Shown: one piece after another, positions 27,902 to 33,019 of the stretch | Position numbering within the stretch: position 1 is the first letter of the stretch | How the letters are laid out: every line of letters starts with the position of its first letter | Source of the DNA: Gemmatimonadaceae bacterium | GTDB lineage: Bacteria > Gemmatimonadota > Gemmatimonadetes > Gemmatimonadales > Gemmatimonadaceae | Direction: 5' to 3' | Length of the DNA stretch: 33,019 nucleotides | Assembly (NCBI GenBank): GCA_051001375.1 | Contig: JBPCNJ010000081.1 | Coordinates: 1-33,019, forward strand | Translations under genes and position numbers: made by a program | The notes under the pieces: generated by a model | The model's input: only the letters and a program-made list of their open reading frames with translations | What the model was told of the DNA's origin: nothing | The model's database searches: none

Positions 27902-29062
27902 CTATGCAGCCGATAGAGACCTTGCTTTAGCGACGAGTTTCGGAAGAATATCGGCCACACGGTCGATGTCGGCCTCGGTGTTGATCGACCCCAGACTCAT
28001 GCGTATCGCGGCGGCTGCCAACGCGGGCGTTACACCCATCGCGGCGAGCACGTGGCTCGGGCTCACGCTTCCGCTCTGGCAGGCGCTGCCGCCCGCGCAC
28101 GCAACGCCGCGGAGATCGAGTGCCATGAGCATCGACTCGCTGTCCGTGCCAGGAATCGACATGTTGAGAACGTGGGGCGCGCGTGCGGCACCGCAACTGT
28201 GGATCACCGTGTCGGGGACCGCCGCAACTATGAGCGACTCCAATCTGTCGCGCATTGCTTCCAACCGAGCCCAGTGCTCCTCACGCTCGGTGACCGCGAG
28301 CTCAGCCGCCGTAGCGAGGGCTACAGCGTACGCAACGTTCTCCGTTCCAGCTCGGCGTCCACGATCCTGGGGGCCGCCGTGGATGAGCGGCTCGAACGGC
28401 GTGCCACGTCGAATGAACAGGGCGCCGATTCCCTTGGGAGCGCCAATCTTGTGACCGGAGATGGACAGCAGATCGAAAGTCTGTGTTCTCGCATCAATCT
28501 CGATCTTGCCGAATGCCTGGACGCCATCGGTATGGAATAGCACACCGCGGCTGCGCGCGCGCGCGGCGAGCGACGGAACGTTCTGAATTACGCCTGTCTC
28601 GTTGTTGACCCACATCACGCTCGCGACCGCAACATCCTCGCGCACGAGCGACTCGAAGGAGTCATCGACCACCACACCGTCGTGATCAACCGCGAGTATG
28701 CGCTGCTCACCGCCCTCGCGCGCAACTTCGTGTGCGGCTGCAAGTACTGCCTTGTGTTCAATCGGCGTCGTCACTACGGCATTGCGTCCGCATCCGCGGA
28801 GTGCACGCCACAGGCATAGCACCGCGGTATTATCGCCCTCGGTTCCGCACGAGTTGAACGAAATCTCATCGGGATGAGCGCCCAGGCAGTTGGCCAACCG
28901 CTCGCGCGCCTCATCCAACGCGGCCCGCGCCTCGCGTCCGAAACGATGTACCGACGACGGATTGCCGAACTTGGGGCCGAAGAACGGACGCATGGCCTCG
29001 AACACCTCTTCCCGTACTGGTGTCGTCGCGGCGTGGTCCATGTAGATCGCGGTTATTGCCAT
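27902..29062 (-). CDS. Cysteine desulfurase (NifS/IscS class)
   Basis: IYMDHAATTP, PLP-Lys SGHKIGAPKG, catalytic loop GGSACQSGS. Start trimmed to ATG 29062 (in frame with ORF end 29566) because the extension overlaps kynA. Confidence 0.88.
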   Translation of the reverse strand: MAITAIYMDHAATTPVREEVFEAMRPFFGPKFGNPSSVHRFGREARAALDEARERLANCLGAHPDEISFNSCGTEGDNTAVLCLWRALRGCGRNAVVTTPIEHKAVLAAAHEVAREGGEQRILAVDHDGVVVDDSFESLVREDVAVASVMWVNNETGVIQNVPSLAARARSRGVLFHTDGVQAFGKIEIDARTQTFDLLSISGHKIGAPKGIGALFIRRGTPFEPLIHGGPQDRGRRAGTENVAYAVALATAAELAVTEREEHWARLEAMRDRLESLIVAAVPDTVIHSCGAARAPHVLNMSIPGTDSESMLMALDLRGVACAGGSACQSGSVSPSHVLAAMGVTPALAAAAIRMSLGSINTEADIDRVADILPKLVAKARSLSAA

Positions 29063-29072
29063 CTCACTCAAG

Positions 29073-29801
29073 CTAATAAAACTTGGACCGGACGGCCCAA
29101 AGCTCTGGAAAGAAGCGGTTGCCCAGTGTGTCGCGCAGCGACTTGACGCCGAATGAGCCGCCGGTTCCAGGTGTGCTCGGACCGATGACACGCTCGACCA
29201 ACTGGACGTGCAGAAAACGCCACATCGAAAACTCCTGCTCGTACGACAACAACGCCTCTGCGAGGAGTCTGAGATCGCGATGCGAGTCTGTGGCGTATAC
29301 GTCGTGCGCCGAAACTCCGCATGCTGTGAGAACACCACCGAACAGCTCCGGAAGAGAGGGCCGCGCCAGAGCGTGCTCGAGTGACGTCGCCAGCGGGCCC
29401 GTGGAACGCAGATACTCGATATATTCGGGCGCGCGCATTCCGGACGTGAGCTCAATCGCTCGGAACTGGGCGCTCTGCGATCCGCTGGAAGTTCCCAGGT
29501 GGACGCGGAACTGCGCGAAGCTCTGGGGCGCGAGCGTGTCGAGCGCGTGCAGCTGGGCGGTGACAATTCGCATCAGTCCGTTCACGCGGTTCGCCGACTC
29601 TACTGCGCGGAGCACTTCCTTCTGTTGCAAGCCGTCGCATAGCTGATCCAGCTCATGAAGAATGAGCTTGAACCACAGCTCGCTGGATTGGTGCACGATG
29701 ATGAAGAGAAGTTCGTCCGGATGCTCGGGCGAAGAAAGCGGGTTTTGTAGCGACAGAAGCGCGTCGACTTCGAGATAGGTCGTGTAATTGATTTCAGCCA
29801 T
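29073..29801 (-). CDS. kynA: Tryptophan 2,3-dioxygenase
   Basis: YLEVDALLSLQNPLS..HPDELLFIIVHQSSELWFKL, SSGSQSAQFR, proximal-His region WRFLHVQLVERVIG, GTGGS, FFPELW. Collinear with Xanthomonas TDO. Confidence 0.85.
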   Translation of the reverse strand: MAEINYTTYLEVDALLSLQNPLSSPEHPDELLFIIVHQSSELWFKLILHELDQLCDGLQQKEVLRAVESANRVNGLMRIVTAQLHALDTLAPQSFAQFRVHLGTSSGSQSAQFRAIELTSGMRAPEYIEYLRSTGPLATSLEHALARPSLPELFGGVLTACGVSAHDVYATDSHRDLRLLAEALLSYEQEFSMWRFLHVQLVERVIGPSTPGTGGSFGVKSLRDTLGNRFFPELWAVRSKFY

Positions 29802-30520
29802 CAGAACGTCGTGACCTCCAACGATGTAATGTCGTTGACGCGCATGGTCTCGGGCGTATGGAACGGCTCGCCGTAACGGCAGCGAATGAGCGAGCCGTAG
29901 TGCGCGGATTGATGTCTGATGACGTCGTACAGCGACTCGCCCGTGGGATACACTTCACCGGCCTGAGTGGCGCCGTCGAACTGGGAGCCATAGCACTTGA
30001 TGGCGCGCATCTTTTCTTCGAAAACGTCGCTGATGTCTACAACAAAAGTCGGCTTTTCATAATCCTCGCGAAAGGTGATCGCGTGCACGACCTTACACGG
30101 GCGATACGCCGGAACATCAGGGGCAATCTTCGCCAGTCCTGCGACGAAGCACGCGTCTCGAACGAGCTGTCCGGCCACGATGTGATCCGGGTGTCGACCC
30201 GCAAGAGCGGGAGCGATCACTATCCCGGGCCTGAATTGGCGGATGGCGGTTGCCAGCAGCGTTCTCGTGTCCGGAGTGTTGAGCAGGCCAGCGTCAGGAA
30301 GCCCGAGATTCTCGCGCGCGGAAACGCCCATGATCTCCGCCGCAGCGGCTGCCTCCGCTCCTCTCAACTGTGCTGAGCCGCGGGTGCCCGTCTCGCCGGC
30401 GGTGAGATCGATTATCGCGGTTCGGTGTCCCTGTCGCGCGGCCTTGATCAGCGTGCCGCTACATATCAGCTCGACGTCATCTCTATGCGCCGCGATTGCG
30501 AGAATGTCCACGTCCGTCAT
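29801..30520 (-). CDS. bshB1: PIG-L family deacetylase, BshB1-like (bacillithiol biosynthesis)
   Basis: ILAIAAHRDDVELICSGT, IDLTAGETGTRGS, GRHPDH. Collinear with Bacillus BshB1. Stop overlaps the kynA start by 1 nt (TGATG). Confidence 0.75.
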   Translation of the reverse strand: MTDVDILAIAAHRDDVELICSGTLIKAARQGHRTAIIDLTAGETGTRGSAQLRGAEAAAAAEIMGVSARENLGLPDAGLLNTPDTRTLLATAIRQFRPGIVIAPALAGRHPDHIVAGQLVRDACFVAGLAKIAPDVPAYRPCKVVHAITFREDYEKPTFVVDISDVFEEKMRAIKCYGSQFDGATQAGEVYPTGESLYDVIRHQSAHYGSLIRCRYGEPFHTPETMRVNDITSLEVTTF

Positions 30521-30570
30521 GCGGATGAAACTACGCCCGCTTCACGCGGATCGGCATACGGGGTGTCTTC

Positions 30571-30585
30571 GGTCCAGCATGGACC
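30571..30585. promoter_or_regulatory. Perfect 6-3-6 palindrome upstream of bshB1 (candidate operator)
   Basis: GGTCCA-GCA-TGGACC, 51-65 nt upstream of the bshB1 ATG (30520) in a 140-nt intergenic region. Confidence 0.3.
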
Positions 30586-30636
30586 GGGATCCGCCAGATT
30601 CGGCGCGATCCGGACATGGTACAACGGGTGAGCCTG

Positions 30637-30657
30637 AGGGCGACCGCGGGTCGCCCT
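30637..30657 (-). terminator. GC-rich hairpin downstream of the permease gene
   Basis: AGGGCGACC-GCG-GGTCGCCCT, a perfect 9-bp stem 5 nt after the permease stop (30662). No U-tract on the - strand. Confidence 0.45.
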
Positions 30658-30661
30658 TGCA

Positions 30662-31909
30662 TTATTCGTAGCGGAGCGCCTCGACCGGGTCGAGCTTGGA
30701 CGCCCTGAGCGCGGGCAGCATCCCGAAAATGATCCCGGTGAGCGCACTTCCAACCAATGCTGCGACGATGGCGCCGGGTGGGACGGACGCCTTGACCGGA
30801 GTAGTCCAGCCGATCACCAGTGCGACGAGCCACCCTAGCAGCAACCCGATCACCGCTCCAACAGACGTGAGCGTTGCCGCTTCCACCAGGAACTGCCACA
30901 GGATCGTGCGCCGCGTCGCGCCGAGTGCCTTTCGAACGCCGATCTCACGCGTGCGCTCGGTCACGCTGATCATCATGATCGCAATCACTCCGACGCCTCC
31001 CACTAGCAGTCCGATCGCGGAGAGCGAGATCATGACGAGAAAGAACATGCCTACGGTTTTGTTGAAGGTCTCCATCACCTTCTGGTTGGTCGTTATCGCG
31101 AAGGTATTGTTCTGCGCCGGCTTGAGTCCGCGTTCCGCGCGTAACATTGCGGTGACTTCATCGAGCGCATCATCCTGGGACACACTCGCCCTCGGTTTTA
31201 CGGCGACGAACACCCATTTCTTCTGTGCGTGAAGGTTGCGGTACGCCGTCTCGAAAGGGACGTACAGTTTGGGTTTGTCGGCGCCTCCCATGAAGCTCGC
31301 CGCATCGCGATACAATCCGATCACGCGGTACGGCTCGTTTGCAATCGTGACCTGTTTGTCGATCGGATCAAGGTCGCCAAAAAGCTCCTTGGCCATCGCC
31401 TCGTTTATGATGGTGACGCGATCACCCGCCGCGTTTTCTGGAACGGTGAAGTTGCGGCCCTCCACAATGTCGCCGCCGTCCACTTGGGTCCACGCGGGAA
31501 GCACGCCGGAGATGCTCGGACTGGCCAGCGAACGCGACCGGTAACCGACGGCTCCCAGGCCGCGAATGGTCCCGTTCACCGCGAGAATGGAAGGCAGCTT
31601 CGCCATCGCGGTCATCTCCGTCGAAGAGATCGGGGGCCAGCGGCGCCAGGGGCACATTTCATCCGTCCCGTCGCAGTTGTTGAAACCCATGGGGCTGCGT
31701 GTGATGAAGAAAGTCGTGGGACCGGCGGCCGCCATGTCCTTTGCCACGCTGTCATTGATGCCGTGGACCGCGGCCGAGATGACCACGACCACGAATACAC
31801 CGACCGCGACTCCAAGAATCGTGAGCGCCGCGCGCACTCTATTGGCGCTTATCGCGTCGAACGCGATGCCGACGCCTTCAAAGAGAGAGTAGAAGCGGGT
31901 AGTATCCAT
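30662..31909 (-). CDS. ABC transporter permease, MacB/FtsX type
   Basis: 415 aa. TM1, a large periplasmic domain, then an FtsX C-terminal 3-TM bundle (ERTREIGVRKALGATRRTILWQFLVEA). Confidence 0.85.
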   Translation of the reverse strand: MDTTRFYSLFEGVGIAFDAISANRVRAALTILGVAVGVFVVVVISAAVHGINDSVAKDMAAAGPTTFFITRSPMGFNNCDGTDEMCPWRRWPPISSTEMTAMAKLPSILAVNGTIRGLGAVGYRSRSLASPSISGVLPAWTQVDGGDIVEGRNFTVPENAAGDRVTIINEAMAKELFGDLDPIDKQVTIANEPYRVIGLYRDAASFMGGADKPKLYVPFETAYRNLHAQKKWVFVAVKPRASVSQDDALDEVTAMLRAERGLKPAQNNTFAITTNQKVMETFNKTVGMFFLVMISLSAIGLLVGGVGVIAIMMISVTERTREIGVRKALGATRRTILWQFLVEAATLTSVGAVIGLLLGWLVALVIGWTTPVKASVPPGAIVAALVGSALTGIIFGMLPALRASKLDPVEALRYE

Positions 31910-31912
31910 CGT

Positions 31913-33019
31913 TCAATCCGACCGAAGCGCGGTGATTGGGTCGAGCAGCGACGCGCGGCTCGCTGGATATACGCCAGCGACGATCCCGACTCCCGCGCCG
32001 AGGATCACCGCGACCGCAACGGACCACGCCGCCACGTGCGTCGGGAGCGGCGAGACGGCGGCAATCGCGAATGAGAGTGCCGCGCCGAGCGCTATGCCAA
32101 GCACGGCGCCAGCCACACTCAGCGTGGCTGACTCCACCAGGAACTGCGCGAGGATATCGCGTCGGCGAGCGCCAAGGGCCTTTCTGATTCCGATCTCACG
32201 CGTCCGCTCGGCGACAGCGACGAGCATGATATTCATAATCACGATCGCACCGACCACGAGTCCGATCGCTGGAAGTGCCACGCCCGCAATCACGAGATAA
32301 CTTTTTATCTTGTTGAAGAACGACATCGCGGATTCCGGAGTGCTCATGTCGAAGTCATCCGGCTGGGACGGGCGCAATTTGTGCCGCGTCCGCATCACCT
32401 GGCGCACGGCTTCCTCCGCCTCGCCCACGCCTTGTGCGTCGGGCGCCTGTACGATCATCGCGTCGATCACGCCATGACGGTTGGTCAGCCGCTTGAGCGG
32501 CGAATTAAGTGGCGCGATGATGAACTTGTCCAGCGATATGCCGAGGAAGCTCCCCTGCGGCTCGGCAACCCCGATCACCTCGTATGGAAGCGTGCCCACG
32601 CGCAGTTCGCGCCCTACCGGATCCACACTGGGGAAGAACCGGTCCTTCACGTCCTGCCCGATCACCACGACGGGCGTTCCCATCGCCTCTTCCTGTTCGC
32701 TGAAAACGCGGCCGCTCGTCAGTCCTAGATTCTTGATCGCGAAGTAGGAAGGCGTCACTGCACTCGCCTGCACCTGCTTGGGGCCGGTGTACCTCGACGA
32801 CACACTCACATTGTCTTCACTCACCACCGCCGCTCGCGTTCCAGTCGGAAGTGCCGAGATGATCGGCTCGACGTCGCTGTCCAGAATGCGCTTACGGTGC
32901 TGCCACGCGATCCATTGCGCCTGATCCACATCGCCGGGCGTGAAATTGGGCCGCTGCCGCAGCTCGAAGGAGTTGATCGCCATGAGCTTGCCCACCAGGT
33001 CGTTCTCCACGTACCGCCC
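31913..33019 (-). CDS. ABC transporter permease, MacB/FtsX type (5' end outside window)
   Basis: FtsX region ERTREIGIRKALGARRRDILAQFLVES. The frame stays open to the window edge and TM1 is missing, so it is partial. No ATPase gene in the window. Confidence 0.8.
   Translation of the reverse strand, partial: GRYVENDLVGKLMAINSFELRQRPNFTPGDVDQAQWIAWQHRKRILDSDVEPIISALPTGTRAAVVSEDNVSVSSRYTGPKQVQASAVTPSYFAIKNLGLTSGRVFSEQEEAMGTPVVVIGQDVKDRFFPSVDPVGRELRVGTLPYEVIGVAEPQGSFLGISLDKFIIAPLNSPLKRLTNRHGVIDAMIVQAPDAQGVGEAEEAVRQVMRTRHKLRPSQPDDFDMSTPESAMSFFNKIKSYLVIAGVALPAIGLVVGAIVIMNIMLVAVAERTREIGIRKALGARRRDILAQFLVESATLSVAGAVLGIALGAALSFAIAAVSPLPTHVAAWSVAVAVILGAGVGIVAGVYPASRASLLDPITALRSD

Overview
This is a GC-rich bacterial chromosomal segment (about two-thirds G+C by eye, not computed). 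It is tightly packed and almost entirely housekeeping. I saw no transposase, integrase, phage gene, CRISPR array, tRNA or rRNA, and no recognisable defence system. Genes run on the + strand from 120 to 26691, then on the - strand to the window end.

Gene content, in order:
- Tat-signal amidase, thrC, thrB and a MoeZ-like adenylyltransferase-rhodanese, joined by 4-nt overlaps.
- A membrane HEAT-repeat protein and a GT2 glycosyltransferase, translationally coupled to a central-carbon array (tal, pyk, PhnP-like MBL hydrolase, pgi, long class II aldolase).
- A 94-aa stand-alone histidine-kinase DHp (H-box) protein and an NtrC-type sigma-54 activator with no DNA-binding domain, followed by YtxH, YihY and a small lipoprotein preceded by a sigma-54-type promoter.
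- A 4.5S-type SRP RNA (invisible to the ORF track), then dnaX-ybaB-recR.
- An 11-nt tandem repeat, a small membrane protein, mglB-mglA, pgsA, cinA, grpE and dnaJ.
- A barrel-less CarboxypepD_reg/Plug/TonB_C fusion protein.
- On the - strand: two MacB/FtsX-type permeases, bshB1, kynA, a NifS/IscS-like cysteine desulfurase and mnmA.

Several ORF-track entries are over-extended at the 5' end, and I trimmed them to starts that abut the upstream gene.

The most unusual observations:
1. mglB has no canonical in-frame start. Its only SD-ATG is followed four codons later by an in-frame TGA and then a strong G-quadruplex motif.
2. A split signalling module: a DHp-only protein next to a sigma-54 activator that lacks a DNA-binding domain, with a nearby sigma-54 promoter.
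3. Phased 11-nt repeats upstream of the mgl locus.

The lineage looks like Gemmatimonadota or Acidobacteriota. That is only an impression from gene content and cannot be verified here.
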